From contig CAZIQQ010000001.1 of NCBI GenBank assembly GCA_964541555.1, positions 9,224 to 58,123 of the forward strand: DNA of 48,900 bases. Direction: 5' to 3'. The position numbers and the translations under genes were made by a program. Every line of letters begins with the position of its first letter. Position 1 is the stretch's first letter. This document shows positions 8,988 through 17,205 of the stretch, one piece after another. The notes beneath the pieces were generated by a model, which saw nothing but the letters and a program-made list of their open reading frames with translations, was not told where the DNA came from and did no database searches. The DNA comes from an uncultured Bifidobacterium sp. Lineage in GTDB: Bacteria > Actinomycetota > Thermoleophilia > Miltoncostaeales > Miltoncostaeaceae.

Positions 8988-9974
8988 TCAGCGCGCGGCG
9001 GACCCCCCCGCGTGCATCCCATCCCCATGGGGGGGCTCGTCCTCTCCGCGGGTCGCGATGAGCGACACGACGATCGAGATCGCGAGCGCCCCGATGATCA
9101 CCGACAGCGACAGCCAGATGGGCAGCTTGCCCACCGGGGTCTCCGAGAGGATCAGCTTGAGGCCGGCGAATGCGAGCAGGAACGCCAGCCCGTAGTGCAG
9201 GTAGGTGAACCTGCGCAGCAGCCCGGCCAGGCAGAAGTACAGCGCCCGCAGGCCCAGCACGGCCATGGCGATGGATGCCCACACGATGAACGTGTTGGTG
9301 GTGATGGCCAGCACCGCCGCCACCGAGTCGATGGCGAAGATGAGGTCGCTCGACTCGATGGCCACCAGCGCCACCAGCAGCATGGTGGCGCCCACCCTGC
9401 CATTGATGCGGGTGAGGAACTTCCCGCCCTCATAGCCGTCGCTCACGGGCATGACGCGGCGCATCAGCCGCACCATGGGGTTGTTGTCGGGGTCCTTCGG
9501 CTGGTCGTGGCGGAAGGCCATGTGCCAGCCGGTGTAGATGAGGAACACGCCGAACAGGTAGGCGGTCCAGAAGAAGGCCTCAAGCAGTCCCGAGCCCACG
9601 AAGATGAACACCAGGCGCATCAGCAGCGCCCCGATGACCCCCCAGAACAGCACGCGGTGCTGGTACCGCTCGGGCACCGCGAAGTAGCCGAAGATCAGGG
9701 CGAAGATGAAGACGTTGTCCACCGACAGCGCCTTCTCGATGAGATACGCCGAGTAGTACGTGGCCGCGGCGTCGCCGCCCTGCCACCACAGCAGCACCAG
9801 TCCGAAGCCCAGCCCCGCGGCGATCCAGATGGCGCTCCAGATGGCGGCCTCGCGGAATGACACCACGTGGTCATCACGGTGGAGGAAGAGGTCGATGGCC
9901 AGCATCACCACGATGGCTCCGCCGAGGGCGAACCACGCCCACAGGGGCACTGCGAAATCCAGGGCCTCGTTCAA
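8988..9974 (-). CDS. terC: TerC/Alx-family integral membrane protein (paralog 1)
   Basis: Multi-TM protein with VPLWAWFALGG..., SVDNVFIFALIF and SSDLIFAIDSV motifs typical of TerC. It uses a TTG start at 9974 preceded by GGAGG. Confidence 0.88.
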   Translation of the reverse strand: MNEALDFAVPLWAWFALGGAIVVMLAIDLFLHRDDHVVSFREAAIWSAIWIAAGLGFGLVLLWWQGGDAAATYYSAYLIEKALSVDNVFIFALIFGYFAVPERYQHRVLFWGVIGALLMRLVFIFVGSGLLEAFFWTAYLFGVFLIYTGWHMAFRHDQPKDPDNNPMVRLMRRVMPVSDGYEGGKFLTRINGRVGATMLLVALVAIESSDLIFAIDSVAAVLAITTNTFIVWASIAMAVLGLRALYFCLAGLLRRFTYLHYGLAFLLAFAGLKLILSETPVGKLPIWLSLSVIIGALAISIVVSLIATRGEDEPPHGDGMHAGGSAAR

Positions 9975-9989
9975 CGCCGCACAACCTCC

Positions 9990-10100
9990 GCTCGATCAAT
10001 GGATGTCGAGCCGAGGTCTCTCCCACCCCGTGAGGGGCGGCGCGGCCGGGACGAAGGTCCGTAGTGACGACCGCGCGCTTGCGGGGTACTCCCCTAGGCG
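9990..10100 (-). promoter_or_regulatory. Candidate yybP-ykoY (Mn2+) riboswitch in the terC leader
   Basis: The minus-strand RNA reads CGCCUAGGGGAGUACCCCGCAAGCGCGCGGUCGUCACUACGGACCUUCGUCC...GCCCCUCACGGGGUGGGAGAGACCUCGGC. It contains the GGGGAGUA box, GUCGUCA, and a 3' GAGAGACC box, flanked by a P1-like pairing GCCUAG/CUCGGC. A GCUCGA...UCGAGC hairpin follows, abutting the GGAGG SD. This matches the consensus as I remember it; it was not scored with a covariance model. Confidence 0.55.
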
Positions 10101-10109
10101 CCCCGCAGG

Positions 10110-10805
10110 CTACTGGTTCCCGAGCAGTTCCTCTTCGGGAACGTCACGCCACACGCGCGCGGGAAGGCCGGCCACCAGCTTGCCGGCCGGGATGTCCTTG
10201 GTCACCAGGGCGCCGGCGGCCACGAAGGCCTCCTCGCCGATCTCGATGCCGGGGAGGATCACCACGCCGCCGCCGATGCGCGCCGCCCTGCGGATGGTCG
10301 CGCCCCTCAGCAGGCCGTGGCGGGCCTCGGTGCGCCCCATGAAGTTGTCGTTGGTGGTCGTGACGCACGGGGCGATGAAGACGTCATCCTCGAGCGTGGA
10401 CAGGCGGGTGATGTACGAGTTGCTCTGGATCGAGCACCGTGAGCCGATGTCCACCTGGTTCTCGATGCACACGCCACGGCCCACGCCGCAGTCCTCGCCG
10501 ATGGTGACGTTCTCGCGCACGAAGGCCTGGTCGCCGATGACCGTGCGCGCGCCGATGGTGCTGCCCGCGAACACCACGGCGCCCGAGCACACCGTGACGG
10601 CCTCGCCCAGCACCAGGCCGGGCAGGTCCTTCTTTCTGGCGGTCGAGCGGCTGGCCAGCTTGGGCGTCTTGCCCAGCACCACGTTGTCCTGGATCACGCA
10701 GCCCGCGCCGATGACGGTGCCCGCGTGGATCACCACGTTGGCGCCGATCTCGGCGTCGTCGGCGATCTGCACGCCCTCGCCCAGCACCAGGTTCTCGCGG
10801 CTCAT
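10110..10805 (-). CDS. Hexapeptide-repeat (LbH) N-acetyltransferase, WbpD/WlbB-like
   Basis: An ATG at 10805 gives MSRENLVLGEGVQIADDAEIGANVVIHAGTVIGAGCVI..., with continuous hexapeptide repeats. It overlaps the upstream oxidoreductase stop (ATGA). Confidence 0.8.
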   Translation of the reverse strand: MSRENLVLGEGVQIADDAEIGANVVIHAGTVIGAGCVIQDNVVLGKTPKLASRSTARKKDLPGLVLGEAVTVCSGAVVFAGSTIGARTVIGDQAFVRENVTIGEDCGVGRGVCIENQVDIGSRCSIQSNSYITRLSTLEDDVFIAPCVTTTNDNFMGRTEARHGLLRGATIRRAARIGGGVVILPGIEIGEEAFVAAGALVTKDIPAGKLVAGLPARVWRDVPEEELLGNQ

Positions 10806-11821
10806 CGGGATGCCCCCTCCAGGGTGATGGGTCGGCCGCCCTCCGAGAGGGATCGGTCCATGGCCTCGAGCACGTCCACGGTGGCCAGGCCGGCCCAGGC
10901 GTCTGCGATGGGCGCGTTGCCGGTGCGGATGCAGTCGAGGAAGTGCTGGCACACGAGCCTGAGCGGCTCGGCACCGTCGATCTTGGGGCTGAAGATGTCG
11001 CCGGAGCGCACCTGGATGTACTCGCCGTACTCACCGGTGCGCGGCACGGGCCCCTTGTCGTACACGGTGATCTTGCGCTCGCTCTCCATGTCGTCGAACA
11101 CGACCATGCGCTCCGAGCCGATCACCGTCATGCGGCGCATCTTGTGGGGGTCGAGCCACGACAGGTGCAGGTGGCCGATGACCCCGCTCTCGAAGAGGAT
11201 GCGCCCGAACACGACGTCCTCCACGCCCTCCTGCAGGTAGCAGGCACCGGTGGCCGACACCTCGACCGCCCGCTCGCCCACGATGTGCAGCATCACGCTG
11301 ATGTCGTGCGGCCCGAGGCTCCACAGGGCGTTCTCGTCCTTGCGCACGATGCCGAGGTTCAGCCGGTTGCCGTAGAGGTAGTGCACGTCGCCCAGATGGC
11401 CGGTGTCGACCAGCTCCTTCACCTTGGTGACACCGGGGTGCAGCACCAGCAGGTGGTCCACCATGCAGGTGACGCCCGCGGCCTCGGCGGCCTCGGCCAC
11501 GGCACGGGCATCGGCCGCGGTCAGCGCCAGGGGCTTTTCCACGAACACATGCTTGCCGGCGGCGATGGCCTTCAGGGCAAGGGCGGCATGGGTGGGAACC
11601 GGCGTGGCGATGACCACCGCGTCGGTCTCGGGGTCGGCCAGCACCTCGTCGAGGTCCGTGGTGAACCTCGTGCGCGGGAAGGCCGAGCGGTGGCGGTCGA
11701 GCAGGCCCTCGTCCAGGTCGCAGGCCCAGCGCAACTCGGAGCCCTCGATGCGGTCGAAGTTGCGGGCCAGGTTGGGGCCCCAGTACGACATGCCCACCAC
11801 CGCCACGCGCAACGGCGTCAC
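10802..11821 (-). CDS. Gfo/Idh/MocA-family NAD-dependent oxidoreductase, WbpB-like
   Basis: A GTG at 11821 (GTGA overlap with the upstream stop) gives VTPLRVAVVGMSYWGPNLARNF..., plus VFVEKPLA, typical of the family. The rest of the 585-aa track ORF is an out-of-context extension over the neighbouring gene. Confidence 0.85.
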   Translation of the reverse strand: MTPLRVAVVGMSYWGPNLARNFDRIEGSELRWACDLDEGLLDRHRSAFPRTRFTTDLDEVLADPETDAVVIATPVPTHAALALKAIAAGKHVFVEKPLALTAADARAVAEAAEAAGVTCMVDHLLVLHPGVTKVKELVDTGHLGDVHYLYGNRLNLGIVRKDENALWSLGPHDISVMLHIVGERAVEVSATGACYLQEGVEDVVFGRILFESGVIGHLHLSWLDPHKMRRMTVIGSERMVVFDDMESERKITVYDKGPVPRTGEYGEYIQVRSGDIFSPKIDGAEPLRLVCQHFLDCIRTGNAPIADAWAGLATVDVLEAMDRSLSEGGRPITLEGASR

Positions 11822-13098
11822 AGGGTCCACACGTTCTCCCCTCGCGGAACAGCGTTGCGGAAGTCCACCACGAGCCGGCTCAGGTCGGCCACGCGCTGCC
11901 AGTCGATTCCCGAGTGCGCGGTCACCACCACCACGGCGTCCGCGGCCGCGAGCGCCTCGTCGGTCAGGTCCACGCCGGTCATCGCCACGTCGAGCCCGTG
12001 CCCGGCCTCCAGCTCGGGCACGTGCGGGTCGTGGTAGGTCACGTTCGCGCCGCGCTCGAGCAGCAGCGAGATCACCTTGAGGGCGGGGCTCTCGCGCATG
12101 TCGTTCACATCGGCCTTGTAGGCCACCCCGATCACCAGCACGTCCGAGCCCTTGAGCGACTTCTCGTGCTCGTTGAGCGCCCGTGCCAGCTTGGCCACGC
12201 AGAAGTAGGGCATCTGCGAGTTGACCTTGCCCGCGAGCTCGATGAACTCGGTGTGGAAGTCGTACTCGCGCGCCTTCCACGTGAGGTAGAAGGGGTCGAT
12301 GGGGATGCAGTGGCCGCCCAGGCCCGGGCCGGGGCGGAAGGGCATGTAGCCGAAGGGCTTGGTGGCCGCGGCGTCGATGACCTCCCACACATCCACGCCC
12401 ATGCGGTCGCACAGCACCGCGGTCTCGTTGACCAGCGCGATGTTCACGCTGCGGAAGACGTTCTCGAGGATCTTGGTCATCTCGGCCACCTCGGGGGTGG
12501 ACACCGGAACCAGCGTGTCGAACGCCAGGCCGTAGACGCCGAGCACCTTCTCGGTGCACGCCGGGGTGAGGCCGCCCACCACCTTGGGGGTCGACCGGGT
12601 GGTCCAGTCCTCGCGACCCGGGTCCACGCGCTCGGGGCTGAAGGCCAGGTGGAAGTCCCTGCCCGCGGTGAGCCCGTACTCCTCGAGCAGCGGCGCGAGC
12701 TCATCGCGGGTGGTGCCGGGGTAGGTGGTGCTCTCGAGCACCACCACCTGGCCGCGCTGCAGGCGCGGGGCGATGTCGCGGGCGGCGCCCAGCACTGCCC
12801 CGAGGTCGGGCTCGCGGTGCTCGTTCAGCGGCGTGGGCAGGCAGATGATGATGGCCTCGAGCGCCGGCAGCTCGTCCAGGTCGGTGCTCGCGCGCAGCGT
12901 GCCGGCCTGCACCAGCGGCGCCAGTCGCTCGGAGGGGACGTCCTCGATGTGCGAGATGCCGCGGTTGATCGCGGCCACCTTCTCGTCCACGACGTCGAGG
13001 CCCACCACGGGCACGCCCGCCTCGGCGAACACGACAGCCAGCGGCAGCCCGACGTAGCCGAGGCCGATGACGCCGACGCGCGGCGTGGGGGCGGTCAC
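11818..13098 (-). CDS. UDP-N-acetyl-D-glucosamine/mannosamine 6-dehydrogenase family (WbpA/WecC-like)
   Basis: VGVIGLGYVGLPLAVVFAEAG Rossmann N-terminus and catalytic GLGGHCIPIDP motif. The 426-aa length is typical of the family. Confidence 0.88.
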   Translation of the reverse strand: MTAPTPRVGVIGLGYVGLPLAVVFAEAGVPVVGLDVVDEKVAAINRGISHIEDVPSERLAPLVQAGTLRASTDLDELPALEAIIICLPTPLNEHREPDLGAVLGAARDIAPRLQRGQVVVLESTTYPGTTRDELAPLLEEYGLTAGRDFHLAFSPERVDPGREDWTTRSTPKVVGGLTPACTEKVLGVYGLAFDTLVPVSTPEVAEMTKILENVFRSVNIALVNETAVLCDRMGVDVWEVIDAAATKPFGYMPFRPGPGLGGHCIPIDPFYLTWKAREYDFHTEFIELAGKVNSQMPYFCVAKLARALNEHEKSLKGSDVLVIGVAYKADVNDMRESPALKVISLLLERGANVTYHDPHVPELEAGHGLDVAMTGVDLTDEALAAADAVVVVTAHSGIDWQRVADLSRLVVDFRNAVPRGENVWTL

Positions 13099-13155
13099 AG
13101 CGGACCGCCGGGGATGTTCGTTCTCGGCACAGGCAGCGGCGGTATCGTAGCCACT

Positions 13156-13755
13156 ATGGCCGATGCGGCGCTCGCGGGGCTCCCCCGCATCGTGCGCGCG
13201 GACGACGAGGTCAGGTGGCGTGGGCAGGTGCTCACGTCGCTCGGACTCGCCGCCCTCTCGTACTGGATCATCGTCTGGCTCTTCGACGGACCCGTCGAAC
13301 CACTGCCCGCGGGCGTCATCTTCCTGTCGTCACTGGTGTTCGCCTTCGTGCTCGGCGCCATCACCAGCCGTCGCCGCTTCGCCCACGGCATGCTCACCCT
13401 GCGCCCCCCCCGCTCGGTGGTGCACGAGACCATCGCCGATGCCCGCGAGCGCCGCATGCGGGCCGCCACCATCATGTTCCTCGGGGTCGGCACCCTGCTG
13501 GTGCTCGACACCCTCATCAGCGAGATCGGCGGCACGGCCGCGCTGGTGGCCGGGGTGGGCCTGGGCCTGGGCATCGTCGACCGGCTCGAGGCCCGCCGGT
13601 GGGCACTGGCCGAGGACGAGCGCGATTCGCGTATCTTCCTGATGATCCGCCCCAACGCGCTCATCGCGGGAATGGGCATCCAGGATGCCTACGCACTGCC
13701 GCGGGGCCGGTCGGCCGACGATCGCGACGGTGACCCCCCGGCCACCTTCATCTAG
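13156..13755 (+). CDS. Hypothetical membrane protein (about 4 predicted TM segments)
   Basis: An ATG at 13156 lies in frame with the tail of track ORF 11914..13755. Hydrophobic helices include LTSLGLAALSYWIIVWLF, AGVIFLSSLVFAFVLGAI, AATIMFLGVGTLLVLDTLI and ALVAGVGLGLGIV. The competing minus-strand ORF is Ser/Arg-rich junk. Confidence 0.55.
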   Translation: MADAALAGLPRIVRADDEVRWRGQVLTSLGLAALSYWIIVWLFDGPVEPLPAGVIFLSSLVFAFVLGAITSRRRFAHGMLTLRPPRSVVHETIADARERRMRAATIMFLGVGTLLVLDTLISEIGGTAALVAGVGLGLGIVDRLEARRWALAEDERDSRIFLMIRPNALIAGMGIQDAYALPRGRSADDRDGDPPATFI

Positions 13756-14822
13756 CCGAGCTCGGCCACCACGGCGCGCGCGATGGCGTCGGCCGCGTGG
13801 CCATCGCCGTAGTACGGCGGGCGCTCGGCGGGCATCGAGAGCCCGGCGAGCGCCGCCTGCACCTTCGCCACGTCCATTCCGGTGAGGGTGTTGAACCCGC
13901 CCTCCACTGTCTCGACCCACTCGGTGGTGTCGCGCAGGGTCACGCACGGCACGCCGTGGAAGTAGGCCTCCTTCTGCACCCCGCCCGAGTCGGTGACCAC
14001 GGCCTCGGCACCCATGAGCAGGCTGGTGAAGTCGAGGTAGCCGACGGGCGGCGCCAGGATGAGCCCCGGCACCGCCTGCAGGGCATCCCAACGGCCGCCG
14101 GCCTGCAGCTTCGCCCGGGTGCGCGGGTGCACGGGGAAGATCGCCGGGCGCCCCAGCGACGACAGCACCCGCACCATGGCATCGAGTGCATCGGGGGTGT
14201 CGGTGGCGGCCGCACGGTGGATCGTCACCAGCAGGTAGCCGCCGGGCTCCAGCCCGTGGGCCGCCGGGGCGTTCCGGTGCTCGGCCAGCGGGGCGAACAT
14301 GCGGCCGGCATCGAACATGACGTCGCCCACCAGGTGCACGCCGCGCGTGATGCCCTCGGCCGCCAGGTTGTCCACGGCCTGGCGGGTGGGGCACAGCAGG
14401 ACGTCGGACAGGTGGTCGGTGACCACCCGGTTCTGCTCTTCCGGCATGGTCTTGTCGAACGAGCGGAGGCCGGCCTCCACGTGCGCCAGGGGGATCCCGC
14501 ACTTGGCCGCCACCAGCGCGCCCGCGAGCGTGGTGGTGGTGTCGCCGTACACCAGCACGGCATCGGGCTTCTCATCGCGCACCACATGCTCGAACCGCTC
14601 CATCATGATGGCGATCTGGTGCACGGGGGTCCCGGGCCCCACGTCGAGGGCGTGGTCGGGGCTGGGGATCCCCAGCTCGTCGAAGAAGAGGTCGGCCAGC
14701 TCGGGGTCGTAGTGCTGGCCCGAGTGCACGAGGATCTCCTCCCCCTGGGCACGGAGGGCGATGCAGAGGGGTGCGGCCTTGACGAACTGGGGCCGGTTCC
14801 CCACGAGGGACACGATGCGCAC
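13752..14822 (-). CDS. wecB: UDP-N-acetylglucosamine 2-epimerase (non-hydrolysing)
   Basis: MRIVSLVGNRPQFVKAAPL...HSGQHYD...VYGDTTTTLAGALVA...DSGGVQKEA are classic WecB/WbpI motifs. Confidence 0.9.
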   Translation of the reverse strand: MRIVSLVGNRPQFVKAAPLCIALRAQGEEILVHSGQHYDPELADLFFDELGIPSPDHALDVGPGTPVHQIAIMMERFEHVVRDEKPDAVLVYGDTTTTLAGALVAAKCGIPLAHVEAGLRSFDKTMPEEQNRVVTDHLSDVLLCPTRQAVDNLAAEGITRGVHLVGDVMFDAGRMFAPLAEHRNAPAAHGLEPGGYLLVTIHRAAATDTPDALDAMVRVLSSLGRPAIFPVHPRTRAKLQAGGRWDALQAVPGLILAPPVGYLDFTSLLMGAEAVVTDSGGVQKEAYFHGVPCVTLRDTTEWVETVEGGFNTLTGMDVAKVQAALAGLSMPAERPPYYGDGHAADAIARAVVAELG

Positions 14823-14830
14823 GAGGGCTC

Positions 14831-15547
14831 CTAGAGGCCGGCGAACCCGATGGTGGCGAGTCGCTGGGTGATGCGCTCGAGGTTACCGGTGAGCACCATG
14901 ATGCCCAGCACCACCATGAGCCCACCCCCGATGGCGTTCACCGCGTACCAGCGATTTCGCAGCCATTTCGATGCCGAGAGGGTCTGGGTCATGAAGATCC
15001 CGGCGAGCAGGAATGGGATCCCCAGCCCCAGCGAGTAGACGAACAGCAGCAGTGCCCCGGCGGCGGGCGACCCCGTGGGCGCGGCGTAGGTGAGGATGCT
15101 GCCGAGGATGGGCCCGATGCAGGGTGTCCAGCCGGCCGCGAAGGCGGCTCCCACGAGCCCCGCCCCCACGAGCGTCTCGGGCCGGCGTGACAGCCGCACG
15201 TGGCGGTCGGCCTGGAACCACCCCATGCGCGGCAGCACCACCATGGCGATGCCGAACACGATCAGGATGATCCCCGCGACCAGGTTGAGCACGTCGCGAT
15301 CGCGGGCGAGCGAGCGGCCGATCAGCCCCGCGCTCGCCCCGAACAGGGCGAACATGACCGCGAACCCCATGACGAACGCCGCGGTGGGGCGGATGACGCC
15401 CTTCCACCGCTGCTCCACCTGGTCGGCCGGCACCCCCGAGATGAACGACAGGTACCCGGGCACGAGCGCCAGCACGCACGGCGAGGCGAACGATACGAAG
15501 CCGGCGGCGAAGGCCACGGCAAGGGATACGACGGAGAGTTGATCCAC
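14831..15547 (-). CDS. ccdA: Cytochrome c biogenesis thiol-disulfide transporter, CcdA/DsbD family
   Basis: FASPCVLALVPGYLSFISG and AAGWTPCIGPILGSIL are the two conserved Cys motifs. The protein has 6 TM segments. Confidence 0.88.
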   Translation of the reverse strand: MDQLSVVSLAVAFAAGFVSFASPCVLALVPGYLSFISGVPADQVEQRWKGVIRPTAAFVMGFAVMFALFGASAGLIGRSLARDRDVLNLVAGIILIVFGIAMVVLPRMGWFQADRHVRLSRRPETLVGAGLVGAAFAAGWTPCIGPILGSILTYAAPTGSPAAGALLLFVYSLGLGIPFLLAGIFMTQTLSASKWLRNRWYAVNAIGGGLMVVLGIMVLTGNLERITQRLATIGFAGL

Positions 15548-15612
15548 CGGCGGCCCATGGTATCCCCGCGCCGGGCCCGGGCCGGGTGATCAGCGCGGTA
15601 CGGGGACCTGTG

Positions 15613-16548
15613 TCAGGCGGGTGCGGCGGGTCCCGCGGGCGGCTTCGTCTTGATCCACGAGTAGATGATGCTGCTGCCCAGCGTCACGACGATGATGGCC
15701 AGCGACAGCCAGATGGGCGGATGCCAGAAGTCCTTCGCCAGCATCTTGGCCCCGACGAACGCCAGCACGATGGCCAGCCCGTACGACAGGTACGGGAAGC
15801 GGTCGACCAGCCCCTCGAGCACGAAGAACAGCGACCTCAGCCCCATCAGGGCGAATGCGTTCACCGCGAACACCAGGAAGGGCTCGCGCGTGACCCCGAA
15901 CGCCGCGGGGATGGAGTCGAGGGCGAACACCAGGTCGGTGCCGGCCAGCATCACCAGCACCACGGCCAGGGTCGTGTACATCATCTTGCCGTCGACCTTC
16001 ACGCGGAACTTGCGCCCCTCGTAGGTTCCCGTCAGCGGCATCCGCTTCTTGAGGAACTTGAGGATTGCCGAGTCCTCGGGGTTGGCCGGCTCGTCGGCGT
16101 GCTTCAGCAGCTTCCACGCGGTGTAGATGAGGAACGCGCCGAAGATGTAGAGCACCCACTCGGCCTTTGCGATGAGCACGCCGCCCACGAGGATCGCGAT
16201 GAGGCGCAACCCCAGCGCGATGAGGATGCCGATGGTCAGCACCCTCAGCTTGGCCGCCTGCGGCACCGCGAAGAAGCTGAAGAGCACGATGAACACGAAC
16301 ACGTTGTCCATCGAGAGCGAGTACTCGAGCAGGAAGCCCGACAGGTACTCGGTGGCGTACTTCGTGTCGAATGCGAAGCCCACCACGAATGCGAACGACA
16401 GGCCGAGGGCCAGCCACACGCCAGTCCAGATGAGGGCCGTGCGGAGGCCCATCTCCTTGTCGCCCTTCGAGATGAAGAGCAGGTCGACGGCGATGACCAC
16501 GACCGTGCCGAGCACGAGCGCGATCCATGCCCAGAGAGGGACGTTCAC
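15613..16548 (-). CDS. terC: TerC/Alx-family integral membrane protein (paralog 2)
   Basis: VNVPLWAWIALVLG..., SMDNVFVFIVLF and GTDLVFALDSIPA are clearly paralogous to 8988..9974. It uses a GTG start at 16548. Confidence 0.88.
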   Translation of the reverse strand: MNVPLWAWIALVLGTVVVIAVDLLFISKGDKEMGLRTALIWTGVWLALGLSFAFVVGFAFDTKYATEYLSGFLLEYSLSMDNVFVFIVLFSFFAVPQAAKLRVLTIGILIALGLRLIAILVGGVLIAKAEWVLYIFGAFLIYTAWKLLKHADEPANPEDSAILKFLKKRMPLTGTYEGRKFRVKVDGKMMYTTLAVVLVMLAGTDLVFALDSIPAAFGVTREPFLVFAVNAFALMGLRSLFFVLEGLVDRFPYLSYGLAIVLAFVGAKMLAKDFWHPPIWLSLAIIVVTLGSSIIYSWIKTKPPAGPAAPA

Positions 16549-16579
16549 GGGGCGGCAGTGTGGCTTACTTGGCCGCCCC
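16549..16579 (-). terminator. GC hairpin GGGGCGGC-N15-GCCGCCCC filling the gap between the 194-aa ORF and terC paralog 2
   Basis: There is an 8-bp perfect stem (16549-16556 with 16572-16579). On the minus strand the 3' arm ends one base before the GTG start. There is no U tract, and no purine-rich SD is visible. Confidence 0.4.
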
Positions 16580-16594
16580 GTGCCCGTCTATCGG

Positions 16595-17179
16595 TCACGC
16601 GAGCGCTGCGGCGCCCTCGGCCCACTCCTCCAGCGCCCGCGGCGACGTGATGGTGATGCGGGCCGCGAACGGGTCGCGCGAGGCGCCCACCCGGGTTGCC
16701 TCGACCCCGGCGCCGTCCGACAGCGGCTCGAAGGCCTCGCGCAGGTATGGGTCTGCCCGCACCAGGGTCTGGTCGTCGTTCGGTGCCTCGTACCGGTCGA
16801 GGATCGTCACGAGCGCCTCTCCCGTGCCCACCCGGGCGGCCGCGCCCACGGCGTCGTCGTCCTGCAGCAGCAGCGACAGCCGTGCGGCCCAGGCGGCGAG
16901 CTCGCGCACCTGCTGGGCCAGGCCCCCGGTGGCGTCGCGCTTGCGCGTGACGGAGATGCCGGGTCGGCCCTCCGCCAGGTCGATGGCGAAGTCGAGCTGG
17001 TGGCCCACGATCATCACGCCCGGGCCGTTCACCACGTGCGCGTAGCGCGCCACGTCGATCGGGATGCCACCCACGGCGTCCTCGCGGATGAACCGGTGGA
17101 AGGCGGGCACGACGGCCTCGGGGTCCAGCGGGGCCGGGCCGTCGAGGTACAGCTTCACCGAGATGCGGTGCGGTTCCAT
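16595..17179 (-). CDS. Hypothetical protein (194 aa), directly downstream of the sulfite reductase gene
   Basis: An ATG at 17179 is preceded by AAGGAGA. It has high GC3, no Cys residues and no motif I recognise. The upstream part of track ORF 16595..17620 overlaps the reductase gene. Confidence 0.7.
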   Translation of the reverse strand: MEPHRISVKLYLDGPAPLDPEAVVPAFHRFIREDAVGGIPIDVARYAHVVNGPGVMIVGHQLDFAIDLAEGRPGISVTRKRDATGGLAQQVRELAAWAARLSLLLQDDDAVGAAARVGTGEALVTILDRYEAPNDDQTLVRADPYLREAFEPLSDGAGVEATRVGASRDPFAARITITSPRALEEWAEGAAALA

Positions 17180-17205
17180 TCCTGTCTCCTTGCGGTCCGG
17201 TCTGC

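Noticed and set aside
7398-9860. An 820-aa plus-strand ORF spanning the rmlB end, the protease gene and terC
   Set aside because: It is antisense to, or out of frame with, three well-supported genes. Its composition is dominated by Arg/Pro/Gly/Ala, as expected for shadow ORFs in GC-rich DNA, and it has no recognisable motifs.
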